Below are positions 31,451 to 41,628 of a DNA stretch of 64,000 nt, in pieces; the stretch's first letter is position 1, and the number at the start of each line of letters is the position of its first letter. The notes beneath the pieces are model-generated. The model saw only the letters and a program-made list of their open reading frames with translations. It was not told the origin of the DNA and ran no database searches. The DNA lies in NCBI GenBank assembly GCA_014896315.1, contig JADBKP010000010.1, positions 68,821 to 132,820 on the forward strand, given 5' to 3'. The DNA is from Limnochordales bacterium. Lineage in GTDB: Bacteria > Bacillota > Limnochordia > Limnochordales > DUMU01. Both the position numbers and the translations under genes were made by a program.

Positions 31451-32745
31451 ACGTAGAATGCATAGTCGACCTCGATGTGGTAGTCGATGTTCACCTTCGC
31501 CTTCCCCCCTCGGCGAAGGTGTAACGACTGGGGGCAACGGTTTGAGCGCGGGCTTGTCAAGCTCCTCGTACAGAGAACGACGAGATGCCTCCAGCTTCTG
31601 GAACGGTCGCTCGTTGATCTCCGGGAGGAGTTCCAGAATGGCTTGCCGCAACTCATGGAGATGGAAGAAACTACGGTTGCGCAGACGGGCCAGGATTTGC
31701 TGCTCGACAAGGAGAACTCCTCGTTCAACCTTGGCCTTGTCGGTGCTCTTTCCGGGCCGGGCCGGGATGATAACCGTGCCGTAGTGTTCGGCCAATTCCT
31801 GATAGGTGGGGTTGACCTCTGACTCGTAGTAGGACGCCTTCGTTACACCGGCTTTCAGGTTGTCGGGGACCACGATCTCCGGAACACCGGCAAAGAACTC
31901 GAAGGCGGGAATGTGACCTTCGATCCAGCAAGGAGGGTGTTGAGCCCAGAAGGCGGTGGCGAAGGTGTAGCCGGAGGCGCCCAGGACTGCTACGAAGATC
32001 TGAGCCCGGCGGACCTCGCCGGTCTTTGGGTCGAACACCTGCACGGTGTCCCCCGCAAAGTCTACGAACAATTTCTCGCCACCGCGGTATACCTGGCGCA
32101 TGGTGACGTCCAGGTCCTTGGCAAACTGCCGGTAGAGCTCACAAAACTGGCTATACTGCAGCCCGTCCGGATGTTGGTCCTTATACTCCCGCCAGAGGAG
32201 GCGTAGGGTCATGTGAACATCCTTTCATCGAAGCTCCTTGTAGATGTGGACCAAGTCGGGTGCGGGACGCTGGCTGAGCTTCGGCGTGGCCAGGTCGGGA
32301 TAAAGCATTTCTTCGAGCTTTTCTTCAGCGAGCTCTGGGGGCAGGGGCCATTTCAAGCCGACCCTTTCTGCCTTCCCGACCAACTCGATCACACTGCTGT
32401 GGGACACGCCCGAAGCGCGAGCAATCCTCCTGTAGCCCCACTTGAGGTCCCAGCGTAGGCGCAGTATTTCCGTGATGCGCTGCATAGACAACCTCCTCTT
32501 TGGCACTGGCCTGCGAACCTCCCCAAATCCGAGATGTTCTCGAATTCGGGAGAAGGTCAGCTCAGGCCTCTTCTTGGTTCTGCGGCGCTTGACTCCGACC
32601 GGGGTGAAACTGGCTACCAGACCGGGATTCCGGTCGATTCCGACCGCCGATTCCGATGCAATTCACACAATTGGTCGCCTTCAAATCGGAATGACCGGTC
32701 GCTTCCGCCGGAGCTGCTGGTCGGTTTCGACCGTGTTCTACGCTA
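31450..32745 (-). mobile_element. istA: IS21-family istA pseudogene with its left end
   Basis: MPKRRLSMQRITEILRL, in-frame TGA at 32225-32227, LFVDFAG, IVVPDNLK, DKAKVERGV; 3' truncated, no istB; reiterated GATTCCG/CGACC motifs at 32610-32740. Confidence 0.85.
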
Positions 32746-32813
32746 ATGTCAACCCCACAGCGCCAGTAAGTGTTTCGGTCGTGGTCGGGTGTCAAACGCC
32801 CCGTCCCGACCCC

Positions 32814-32840
32814 TAAAGTTGTTTCACCCGGTGCCGATGA
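32814..32840 (+). promoter_or_regulatory. sigma-28 (SigD/FliA) promoter
   Basis: TAAA-N15-GCCGATGA. Confidence 0.88.
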
Positions 32841-32869
32841 ATAGGGTGAAACACGCGGTCCACACCGAA

Positions 32870-32883
32870 CCCCACGGACGGGG
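32870..32883 (+). promoter_or_regulatory. putative CsrA-binding hairpin in the flagellin leader
   Basis: CCCC-ACGGAC-GGGG with GGA in the loop; second GGA site in the SD (CAAGGAGGAG), as in B. subtilis hag. Confidence 0.6.
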
Positions 32884-32908
32884 CACCGCGAGACAAGGAG
32901 GAGTCTGC

Positions 32909-34399
32909 ATGGGAATGGTTGTCGCGAACAATATATCCTCGCTCTTTGCCTGGCGCAACCTGCAAAGGACCGATCAGGCCATGAGCAAGTCGCTGGAACG
33001 CCTGTCGACCGGCTACCGCATCAACAAGGCCGCTGACGACGCGGCCGGGCTCGCCATTTCCGAAAAGATGCGCGCACAGATCAAGGGCCTGAACCAAGCT
33101 ATACGCAATGCCAACGACGGAATATCCCTTATCCAAACGGCTGAAGGGGCCTTGGCCGAGGTCGAAAGCATCCTGCATCGTATGCGTGAATTGGCCACGC
33201 AAGCGGCCAGCGACGGGTTGACGACTGCCGATCGCCAGGAGATCCAGAAGGAAGTAGACCAACTTGCGCAAGAGCTTTCTCGTATTACCAACACTACCGA
33301 GTTTAACACCAAGAACTTGTTAGCGGGTGGCTTTACCAACCAGCGCTTCCAAGTTGGTGCGAACGAAGGGCAGCATATCGAGATTAGCTTCGGTGCTTTC
33401 GACGCGAAGACTCTCGGACTGACAGCCGCCAAAGGTGCTTATGTGGTCGAAGACGGCGGGTTTGTAACAGGCTCGCCATCTTTGGCAACTGATTCAACCC
33501 TATCAACCGGCCTGTACAAGCTTACTGCTAAGGTCACCGCAACTGCAGCATCTGTAACTGGCTCGTCGTTCAATAGCCTTGATTTCTTATCTAATAGCGT
33601 CACGCTGAGGGTCACCGTAGACGGAGGAACCGAACAGACAGTCACGTTGAACCAAAACTACTCCGATGCCACTGCGTTGCAAACGGCAATCCAGAACGGG
33701 ATTACCAACGCTACGGTCACTGTAAACGGTGATGCTACCAACGGCTATACCATCACCTTCACTTCAAACACGGTGGGGAGCAGTTCGTCAATCTCGGTAA
33801 AAGCCGATGTAGACAACGGAGCTGGATTCAGTACCAGTCCCACGTCTGACACGGGTGGAGATATCCGTCTCACTCTTACGGACGAGGCAGGGACGTCCAT
33901 TGCCCAAACAGATATTTCTAACACTGCTACATCAGCCATCCTTGGAGACTTGACGGTCGACCTCTCTACGAGTAAGTGGTCGTTGCTTACATCGAACGAC
34001 GAGTTGACCGCACAGTTGTACGTTGTGGGCAAGGACTCCTCTGCAGCCGTAGTGGGTGGAAACGGCACGATTATCAAGGACGCTGAAGTTATAAAGGGGA
34101 TCCTGGTCAACACAAAAGACCTTGCTTCCAAGGCGATTACGAGTATCGATCAAGCCATTGCAACGGTATCCTCAGCACGGGCCCAAATGGGCGCTTATCA
34201 GAACCGCTTGGAGCATACGATCGCCAATCTGCAGGTTACCGCGGAGAACCTAACTGCTGCGGAATCGCGCATTCGGGATGTTGACATGGCGGCCGAGATG
34301 GCCAACTTCACGAAGCAGCAGGTTCTGCAGCAGGCTGGAGTTGCAATGCTGGCTCAAGCCAACGCGCAACCGCAAGCCATCCTGCAGCTTCTCCGGTAA
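32909..34399 (+). CDS. fliC: flagellin
   Basis: ERLSTGYRINKAADDAAGLAISEKMRAQIKGL; RAQMGAYQNRLEHTI...ESRIRDVDMA...QAILQLLR. Confidence 0.97.
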   Translation: MGMVVANNISSLFAWRNLQRTDQAMSKSLERLSTGYRINKAADDAAGLAISEKMRAQIKGLNQAIRNANDGISLIQTAEGALAEVESILHRMRELATQAASDGLTTADRQEIQKEVDQLAQELSRITNTTEFNTKNLLAGGFTNQRFQVGANEGQHIEISFGAFDAKTLGLTAAKGAYVVEDGGFVTGSPSLATDSTLSTGLYKLTAKVTATAASVTGSSFNSLDFLSNSVTLRVTVDGGTEQTVTLNQNYSDATALQTAIQNGITNATVTVNGDATNGYTITFTSNTVGSSSSISVKADVDNGAGFSTSPTSDTGGDIRLTLTDEAGTSIAQTDISNTATSAILGDLTVDLSTSKWSLLTSNDELTAQLYVVGKDSSAAVVGGNGTIIKDAEVIKGILVNTKDLASKAITSIDQAIATVSSARAQMGAYQNRLEHTIANLQVTAENLTAAESRIRDVDMAAEMANFTKQQVLQQAGVAMLAQANAQPQAILQLLR

Positions 34400-34426
34400 A
34401 TGGTCGTGGTCTCTTCACTGAGCTGT

Positions 34427-34460
34427 GGGGGCGGCGCCTCACCGCCCCCTTCTCCTTTCT
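34427..34460 (+). terminator. terminator after flagellin
   Basis: GGGGGCGG-cgcctca-CCGCCCCC followed by a pyrimidine run. Confidence 0.7.
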
Positions 34461-34486
34461 GCTGTAGAATTCAGTTGCTGGTAGAT

Positions 34487-35509
34487 CTAGGCCTGCAGTA
34501 ACGCTCGTTTAATTGCTTGGCGGACGACCGGCTGGACAATCGATGCTGCTGCTCTGCAAAGGTCCGCAATATCCAGACTGGCACAACTTTCGTTGAATAA
34601 TCGACTGTTGGTCGTTCGCATACGTGGTATCGAGCCTCCGTGAACCACAACGTTTCGCAGTGCGTAGATGACAAGGAAGGTATGTTTAGCCAGCTTTTTG
34701 TGACATGAATTGAGGGTCTTGGGGTTTCCAAGACTCACTACTTCTATAATGCTTTGCTCGAGGTCTTCGGACACGTGGATATTATGGCATTTCCCACGTC
34801 GAAGAACAAAGTCTGGCTGACACAGAAGGGTCAATTTGGAGCGGGTAGCGTCCCACTGCTCCGTGCACAGGTTTAGAAAGCCGGGGAGAACCGAATCGTC
34901 CTGAATCCATGTCTGAACTGCCTCCCGGTCTGACGTGGGTTCGGGAACCAAGCGCCTGTATAGGGCGTTGCACGCAATCCAGGAGAATACGAACCCGTCG
35001 ACTGGCCGGTTGGCATGAACGGAAACGTCGCTCCAACGGAGGGCCTGAGCAGCGGTTCGGAGTGCGTCACCATCGCGAAGGTTGTTAAGTGCATTCCATA
35101 CCCTCAGGAATTCGTCAGCTTTCGCACGTTGCGAGATCCCTACGCGTGCCGCTAAATCTGCTGCAGCCGGGTGTGGTGCAGATTCATGTCGCAGTTCGGC
35201 GATATTGGTTATAACTGGTTCTGAACAAGTTGCGGCTGCTCCATAAGGAACTAGTACAGATGCAGCCAGCTCGGCCATACATTGACTCCAGTTGACCGGA
35301 GGTAGTTCACAGGTTTCTGCTGTGCAACTTATCTTCGTGGAATTTGCCGAAGCAGAAACGAGTTGTAGTGGCGTACCGATACAGGTGAGACTGTTCAATC
35401 CATCTCCATCGAGTTTAAGATAAGACAGCTCGATGGTCCATTGCCATCTGGGTTTTTGACCTTCCACCTCTTTGACCTCCCCGTCGGTGACCTGATGAAT
35501 GCCCGACAA
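34487..35509 (-). CDS. hypothetical protein with a HEPN-like R-X4-H motif
   Basis: FVFSWIACNALY and IYALRNVVVHGG; visibly more AT-rich than the core genes. Confidence 0.55.
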   Translation of the reverse strand: MSGIHQVTDGEVKEVEGQKPRWQWTIELSYLKLDGDGLNSLTCIGTPLQLVSASANSTKISCTAETCELPPVNWSQCMAELAASVLVPYGAAATCSEPVITNIAELRHESAPHPAAADLAARVGISQRAKADEFLRVWNALNNLRDGDALRTAAQALRWSDVSVHANRPVDGFVFSWIACNALYRRLVPEPTSDREAVQTWIQDDSVLPGFLNLCTEQWDATRSKLTLLCQPDFVLRRGKCHNIHVSEDLEQSIIEVVSLGNPKTLNSCHKKLAKHTFLVIYALRNVVVHGGSIPRMRTTNSRLFNESCASLDIADLCRAAASIVQPVVRQAIKRALLQA

Positions 35510-35900
35510 AAATAGGACTTTCAGAAACCGGCCTTTCGAGACTACTTCTTAGCAAGCTTACCCTTGTCCAGCCGATCATCCCCCCTTCCGCGTGCGGCGG
35601 AGAAGCCGCTTTGTTCACCGGACGCGGGGTCGCGATAGTGGTACGGCTGGAGATTGATATTGAACTTCGAACCATTGACGAGTTCCGCAGCAGAGCGGGC
35701 GGCTTCTTCGCTATCCTCCGTATACATTGTCGGCAGGTGAGTGACGGATGCTTATGGTCGGGAGCCCTTGCACCAATCGCGCTCCTGGCGCTGGCAGGGT
35801 TGCGTATTGAATCGGTAGAAGACTATTCCCCACGCGGCTGTAGCGCAAAAGGCACTTGTTGCCTAGGCACGAGATGTGGTGGTAGAAAGAACGAGCCGTC

Positions 35901-36176
35901 GTGAGTCTGGTGGACGCCGCTTGGTTCGTTGGAGCTTTCCCACTTGTCTATGTGGCCAGGATGATAGTGGTTCACAAGAAGGCGGTGCGCGAGACGCCGC
36001 TGCCGCCGGAAGATTACCTCTCTTGGGTCCGGGTGCCGCTGCAGGTGGGGGCGGCTGACTCCCCGTTGGCGGTGTTAGCAAAGGCTCGGGTTGGAGTTGA
36101 GCAAGCAGCGGCTGTCGGAGAAGACGGGGAGAAACCCCCTGGTAGAGATAACGACAGTCAGGACAGTAGAGATTAG
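35901..36176 (+). CDS. small hypothetical protein with an N-terminal hydrophobic segment
   Basis: 91-aa ORF only; no family recognised. Confidence 0.3.
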   Translation: MSLVDAAWFVGAFPLVYVARMIVVHKKAVRETPLPPEDYLSWVRVPLQVGAADSPLAVLAKARVGVEQAAAVGEDGEKPPGRDNDSQDSRD

Positions 36177-36701
36177 CACAGCAGAGAGAAACCCGAAGGA
36201 GGGACATTTGCAGAGAGGAAGGCGGTGCGCGCACCGGTCAGGGCCAGGGTCAGGCCTCGGTCCAGCTCGAAACCAGGGGTTTTGCTGATGCGGAGCGGCT
36301 CAACTAGGGCGCGCTGCTGGGTGCTGGGGCGCTAGGGCTGGCACACCCGGCCGACCCAGGCAGCGGGCTTGCTCAGCCGTCTGCAAGGGTACGTGGTCGA
36401 GCAGACGGCGGCAGGCGTCCTCAGATATCAGGGACACACGTGGAGTCCCTGCGTCGTCCAACCACCCGGGCTACGACCTAATGGTGGACGATCCCCCGGT
36501 CCAGATCAGGCCCGGACTCGACCCGCAGGCAATTCGTGACCATCTGCAGGCTTATCCCAATAAGACCACCCAGCTGTTTACTGAGGGCCGAACGAGGCAG
36601 CCTCTGCCCTGGCTTTCACCTGGGATTGTTCGCTGCGTAGCTCAAAAAGGCCCGGTTCGTTGCGGGACGCGGGGCATAAGCCGACGCCGGGACGCCGGAG
36701 C

Positions 36702-37088
36702 TCACACCCCCTGATCTTCACCCTTCTCCCGAGTGTAGACCCAAACTGTTTCTGCAGCCACGGTTTTGGCGAATCTGCTACCGCTGCGGATCAGAGACAG
36801 CCATTCGCCGGCGGTGTAGACCAGGAGATCGACGCCGACGGGGAGGTCGAGCACGTCCACGGACAGCTGCCGGCGGCCGAACGGTTCAGTGGCGTTTTCG
36901 AGAACGACGATGAGGTCCAGGTCGCTGCCGGCGCCCCAGTCGCCCCGTGCATACGACCCAAAGTAGCCAACCGCTCGGATGTCGGGCCTTGCCGTTACGG
37001 CCTTCTTGACCCATTTCAGGAGAGCTTCATGAACCTCTTGCCGGTCTGGCCATTTTAGAACGGACGAATTCAAGGATCTCACCGGCAT
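36702..37088 (-). CDS. minimal nucleotidyltransferase (MNT)
   Basis: GYFGSYARGDWGAGSDLDLIVV, VDLLVYT. Confidence 0.88.
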   Translation of the reverse strand: MPVRSLNSSVLKWPDRQEVHEALLKWVKKAVTARPDIRAVGYFGSYARGDWGAGSDLDLIVVLENATEPFGRRQLSVDVLDLPVGVDLLVYTAGEWLSLIRSGSRFAKTVAAETVWVYTREKGEDQGV

Positions 37089-37434
37089 AGGCAATTGCCT
37101 CCCTGCTTTGCAGGTCGCCGTAGTGCTCGAAAGGTGGGCCCTCGGGGTGACTGTCGGGGTAGCGGGGAGGAATGTAATACGTGTCAAGCACCATGGCCTT
37201 CTCTACCAGCGTTGGAGGTACAGACAGTTCAGCTGGCAACTCTTTCAGTAACTTGGCCGTTACATGCCCCCAGGCTTCCTGGCCGATGAATAAATGGAGC
37301 GCCTTGACGGCTTTTTCTGCCGCCTGCTGTGCGGCAAAGCAGGCCCACTCGTGATCTCCGGCGTTGCGCGACGCGATGGCGTGGCGGTAGTCCTTTTCTG
37401 CTTGACTGAACCAGTCTGCCGCCCGGTTCGCCAC
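37027..37434 (-). CDS. HEPN domain protein (PF05168-like)
   Basis: WACFAAQQAAEKAVKA, WGH, YIPPRYPD. Confidence 0.9.
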   Translation of the reverse strand: MANRAADWFSQAEKDYRHAIASRNAGDHEWACFAAQQAAEKAVKALHLFIGQEAWGHVTAKLLKELPAELSVPPTLVEKAMVLDTYYIPPRYPDSHPEGPPFEHYGDLQSREAIAYAGEILEFVRSKMARPARGS

Positions 37435-37499
37435 TTTGCTTCCCCCGCCCTGCGGCTTGTATCGCAGTTAGTGTACCACAAGACATGGTAATCCTGTCA

Positions 37500-39068
37500 T
37501 CAACCCTGTTGTCGACCGGCGGTTGAACTGCGGATGATCAGCGAGGCCGCGAGGCTGCGCTGAACGGGGCGGGGGAGTTCTCCGCGCAGGGCGGCCACGA
37601 GGATGCGCGCGGCCAGGCTACCCATGTCGGCGAGGGGCTGTTCCACGGTGGTAAGCGGGGGATCAAGATAGGCAGCGGCGATGGAGTCGTCGAAGCCGAC
37701 CAGCGAAACGTCGCCCGGAACGGAGAGCCCGAGCTCCTGCAGGGCACGGCGGGCGGCCAGGGCGAGGGAGAAGCCGGCCGCAAAGATGGCCGTGGGCCGT
37801 TGCTGGACGGGATAGGTTGTCATCAACCGCCGGACGACCTCTGGCACAGATAAGTGCCAATTCCTCTCGTCAGCCAGCTGTACTATCCGGAAACAGCCCG
37901 TGGCGTTTGGTCCTTCCCCCAACTGCGTAGCCAGCTCTGCGGTCATGGCTGTGTTCGTCCCGTCGGCAGCCAGCGGTCTCCCGGGGAGCTCCACCAGTCC
38001 CGCAGCCAGGCAGGCGGCACGGAAGCCCTCGGCCCGGTCAGCGCTGTCCTGCATCTCCCAATCTCCGGTCAGGCAGAGCAGGCGGCGATGCCCGAGGGTC
38101 AGCAAATGCCTGGCGACGTCAGCGGCTGCGCCTATGTTGTCCACGTGAACGTTGTGCCAGGGATGCCAGTTTAGGTCAAGGCGTGTACCGACGACGACAA
38201 AGGGTATGCGATGCCGCTCCAGCGCTCGCAGGGAGGCGAGGTGGGAGCGGCGCGGGGCGATTATGACCAGGCCGTCGACGTTCGCAGCGAGGTTGAGCAG
38301 GGTCACGGTTTCGCCTCGCGGCCCGAGCCCAAGCTCCGGCCTTGCCTCGGCCACGGCTTCGGCCAGGTCATCGAGCTCGTCCTCGGCCAACGCCTTCTCT
38401 TGTGGACCAGGAGCGGGAATAAGCTCAGAAGCAGGAGCAGACGCAGGATCAGAAGCTGGAGAGGGGAGCGTAGCGGCTGAGGTCGCCCTGGCGACGACTA
38501 GGGGTACGGCCATGGCTGAGGCTTCGTCCCGGGGCGCGGACGCTGCGCCCCTGGCCTGGGCCTGGGCCTGGGCCGTGGCTTTGTCCCAGCCAGCGCCAAG
38601 CAACACGGCCTGCGCCCCGAGCACCGGCAACACCCGGCTCATGCCGGCCAGAATCGCTGTGACGTAAGGATTGCCCACCGGAACGGCCATATCTGCCACC
38701 ACGCCGAGGCGAAGCGGGGGGCTCCCCGCTCCGGTCGCCGCCACCGGTCTGCGGTCCGGCACGGACGGGTCGAGCCGGCGGGAGGCAGGGGTATCACGGC
38801 GGCGGACGTATGTGCCGCTGCCGCGAATGCGCAAGAGCAGCCCCTCGCCGACCAGATCGTTGAGGGCGCGAGTCACCGTGTTACGGCTGACACCAAACTG
38901 CTGCATCAGCTCGGTTTCCGGGGGCAGCCTGTCGCCGGGAAGATACTCTCCGGCCGCTATGGCCGCCCGCAGATGCGCTTTGACCCGTTCATACAGAGTA
39001 GGCAGGGTCTGCGCCCCGCGCCGCGACTGCGTCAGCCCCAAACCCCACTGACCTCCTTCCCTGCGCAA
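37500..39068 (-). CDS. GntR winged-HTH fused to a LacI-type sensor domain (start uncertain)
   Basis: GDRLPPETELMQQFGVSRNTVTRAL...RIRGSGTYV; PGDVSLVGFDD, PPLTTVEQP. Confidence 0.9.
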   Translation of the reverse strand: MRREGGQWGLGLTQSRRGAQTLPTLYERVKAHLRAAIAAGEYLPGDRLPPETELMQQFGVSRNTVTRALNDLVGEGLLLRIRGSGTYVRRRDTPASRRLDPSVPDRRPVAATGAGSPPLRLGVVADMAVPVGNPYVTAILAGMSRVLPVLGAQAVLLGAGWDKATAQAQAQARGAASAPRDEASAMAVPLVVARATSAATLPSPASDPASAPASELIPAPGPQEKALAEDELDDLAEAVAEARPELGLGPRGETVTLLNLAANVDGLVIIAPRRSHLASLRALERHRIPFVVVGTRLDLNWHPWHNVHVDNIGAAADVARHLLTLGHRRLLCLTGDWEMQDSADRAEGFRAACLAAGLVELPGRPLAADGTNTAMTAELATQLGEGPNATGCFRIVQLADERNWHLSVPEVVRRLMTTYPVQQRPTAIFAAGFSLALAARRALQELGLSVPGDVSLVGFDDSIAAAYLDPPLTTVEQPLADMGSLAARILVAALRGELPRPVQRSLAASLIIRSSTAGRQQG

Positions 39069-39155
39069 TCACTTCATTTCTAACCCGGTGCTGGCAGGGG
39101 GGCAAGCCGGCGCGTCCGGCACGTCTGGCCCGCCTCACGTCCTGCGCCTCTCACG

Positions 39156-39184
39156 TTGACAACGGTGCCTATGGTGGTTACTAT
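39156..39184 (+). promoter_or_regulatory. sigma-A promoter for the first binding-protein gene
   Basis: TTGACA-N17-TACTAT overlapped by an ATGGTG/CACCAT inverted pair. Confidence 0.65.
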
Positions 39185-39385
39185 CAAAATTAGCACCATC
39201 ATCTTTTTCTGTATACACCATCAAGGTTCTTGCTCCCTCCGCAACGCGGCGGAGAATAGAGCCGGGGAAGGCACGTAAGGATGTGCAAAATGTTGGCAGG
39301 TTGGCGGGCTGGCTGTAGGTCTGTTCTCAGGACGGGTCAAATAAGTAGGGAGAGCCAAAAGAGCAAGCAGAGCCAGAGAAGCCGG

Positions 39386-40678
39386 ATGCTGCTTGCCAAA
39401 GTCGCGGCAGTAGCTTTGGCGCTGGCTCTGGGCATCGCCGGCCCGGCTTTGACGAGTACGGGAGAGGTCGCTCTTGCTGCCACCGCGCCCCTGCGGGTAA
39501 TGGTCTGGGGTGGCCAGCCGGAGATTAACACCTACACCAAGATGATTGATGCTTTCAGCAAGGCTTATCCTGATACCCCGGTTCGTCTTGAACCGACTAC
39601 CTGGGGCGAGTATTTCAACAAACTCCAGGTTCAGATTGCCGGAGGTAACCCACCCGACATCGTACTGCTCAACGGTGCGTTCATTCGGGATCTGGCCGCG
39701 CAAGGGGCCCTCACGGACTTGAATCCGTTCATCAAGCAATACAAGTTCCCGCTTGAGGATTACTGGGAGACCCACGACATTCTGCGGGTAGGAGGCAAGA
39801 TGTACGCCCTGCCGCTCGCCGGCGATGTGGCGGGTTTGTACTATAACCGCTCTGCCTTCGAAATGGCCGGTATCGGCACTCCGACGGCGAACTGGAAGTG
39901 GGATGATCTGCGGCAGGCGGCCCGCAAGCTCACGGTCAGGGCCGGTGACGTCACCAAGCGGTACGGTGTCATCTGGGACGTAGCCGGCAACGGGCAGAGT
40001 TCGTACATTAACTTCCTTTTGCAAAACGGTGTGCGGGTACTCAATGAGACGCTCACCCGCTCGCTGCTTGCCACCGAACCGGCGGTGGAAGCCATCCAGT
40101 ACTGGACCGACATTATTCTGCGGGATGGCAGCGCTCCGCGTCCCAACGTGCTGTCGGCGGTGAGCCAGGCTTTCCTTAATGAACAGGCTGCCATGGCCTA
40201 CCATCTTGTGCCGCTGCCGATCAACCTCTTTCAACAGGCCAAGTTCGACTGGGATATAGCACCCATGCCGAGCGGTCCGAAGCGGCGGGCTTCCGAGGTT
40301 AACTTCATCGGCTTTGGCATTACCTCAGGCAGCCGGCAGAAGGAAAACGCCTGGAAACTGCTCTCCTTCCTCGTCGGTGAGGAGTGCCAGATCCTCTTCG
40401 CTTCGCTGCGCCAGAATCTCCCGGCCATGCGGAACGCGATCCTGACCCCAGCCTTTGCCGACCCGAAGAAGCCGCCGCGAGGACTTATTCCCACGCTGCA
40501 GGTGACGATGCCGCACACCTACGACCTGCAGTTCACCCGGGGCTGGACGGAATGGACCAACCTCCTGGGGGCGACCATGGTCCGGATTGCTCAGGGGCAG
40601 GTGTCCGTGGAGAGCGGCCTGCGTGAGGTATCCGAGAAGATTGACGCGGTGCTCCGCCGGGTAAACGCCGGGAAGTGA
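39386..40678 (+). CDS. ABC carbohydrate solute-binding protein (family 1)
   Basis: Signal peptide; KLQVQIAGGNPPDIV, GKMYALP, LYYNRSAFE, WKWDDL, FDWDIAPMP. Confidence 0.9.
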   Translation: MLLAKVAAVALALALGIAGPALTSTGEVALAATAPLRVMVWGGQPEINTYTKMIDAFSKAYPDTPVRLEPTTWGEYFNKLQVQIAGGNPPDIVLLNGAFIRDLAAQGALTDLNPFIKQYKFPLEDYWETHDILRVGGKMYALPLAGDVAGLYYNRSAFEMAGIGTPTANWKWDDLRQAARKLTVRAGDVTKRYGVIWDVAGNGQSSYINFLLQNGVRVLNETLTRSLLATEPAVEAIQYWTDIILRDGSAPRPNVLSAVSQAFLNEQAAMAYHLVPLPINLFQQAKFDWDIAPMPSGPKRRASEVNFIGFGITSGSRQKENAWKLLSFLVGEECQILFASLRQNLPAMRNAILTPAFADPKKPPRGLIPTLQVTMPHTYDLQFTRGWTEWTNLLGATMVRIAQGQVSVESGLREVSEKIDAVLRRVNAGK

Positions 40679-40694
40679 TCTAACTAGAGGGTCG

Positions 40695-40772
40695 GCCGCC
40701 GTCCCACAAAGGACGGCGGTGGTGAAAAAAGCGGGGCGGGCACGGTTGATGCGTCGGGCCCGCCCCCACTTT
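40695..40772. terminator. paired hairpins between convergent SBP and IclR genes
   Basis: GCCGCCGTCC-cacaaa-GGACGGCGGT and GGGGCGGGC...GCCCGCCCC. Confidence 0.55.
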
Positions 40773-41569
40773 CAGTATCCCGACCATCCCAGCCGTCGCG
40801 ATACGTCAAGGCCCAGCGCAATCAATGGCTGTGCCATCTCTCCTAACTCCTCGAGCGGAAGCCGCTCCGACGGTCCCGATACGCTGATTGAGGCTACTAC
40901 TCTGCCCGTTTCATCGCGGATGGGGACGGCTATACAGCGAATTCCCCACTCATGCTCCATGTTGTCGATGGCGTACCCCCGCCTGCGCGTTGCTGCCAGT
41001 TCCGCTTTCAGTGCTTCCGGGGAAGTAATGGTGTTGGGCGTGTATCTCGCCATGCCATGCCGGGCCAGGATTTCGTCCACCCTCTCGTCGGGGAGGTAGG
41101 CCAGTATGGCCTTACCCACGCCGGTGCAGTGCATGTAGGCCCGTTTTCCGGTCGCCAGCCGGGCGACGGAGCGGTCGAGAGGCTGGACGCTTTCCAGGTA
41201 GACCACATAGCCGTCCTGTTCTATGGCCAGGTGCACCGTCTCCTGGAAAAGCTCCTTGGCTTTCTCCATGGCCGGCAGCGCCACCTTGCGCAGACCCAGC
41301 CCTTCTCTCACGATGTTGGCGAGGCGCAGCAGCTCCAGCCCGAGCCGGTACTTTCCGGATTCTCTGTCCTGCTCTACCAGCCCCTCTGCCTCCAGGGTCG
41401 CCAGGATGTTGTAGACCGTGCTCTTGTTTAGGGCAAGCATCCGGCTGATCTCCGTCACCCGGAGTTCGGGGTGGCTGGAAGTGAAGCACTTCAATACCTG
41501 TATTGCTTTCTGCAGCGACTTGACCTTCGTCGTCTCCACACTGTCGACAAACTTTTTCTGCTCATGCAT
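40772..41569 (-). CDS. IclR family transcriptional regulator
   Basis: VKSLQKAIQVL...LNKSTVYNILATL, HCTGVGKAILA, RRRGYAID.MEHE.G.RCIAVPI. Confidence 0.95.
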   Translation of the reverse strand: MHEQKKFVDSVETTKVKSLQKAIQVLKCFTSSHPELRVTEISRMLALNKSTVYNILATLEAEGLVEQDRESGKYRLGLELLRLANIVREGLGLRKVALPAMEKAKELFQETVHLAIEQDGYVVYLESVQPLDRSVARLATGKRAYMHCTGVGKAILAYLPDERVDEILARHGMARYTPNTITSPEALKAELAATRRRGYAIDNMEHEWGIRCIAVPIRDETGRVVASISVSGPSERLPLEELGEMAQPLIALGLDVSRRLGWSGY

Positions 41570-41628
41570 AGAGGAGTTTGCCTCCTTGCAGAGAAGTAAC
41601 TTACCGGAATGTTAAACAATGTTTAGCT

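Noticed and set aside
36290-36700. Broken frame LQGYVVEQTAAG...NHPGYDLMVD...IRDHLQAYP
   Set aside because: Looks like a decayed gene, but I cannot assign a family or boundaries.
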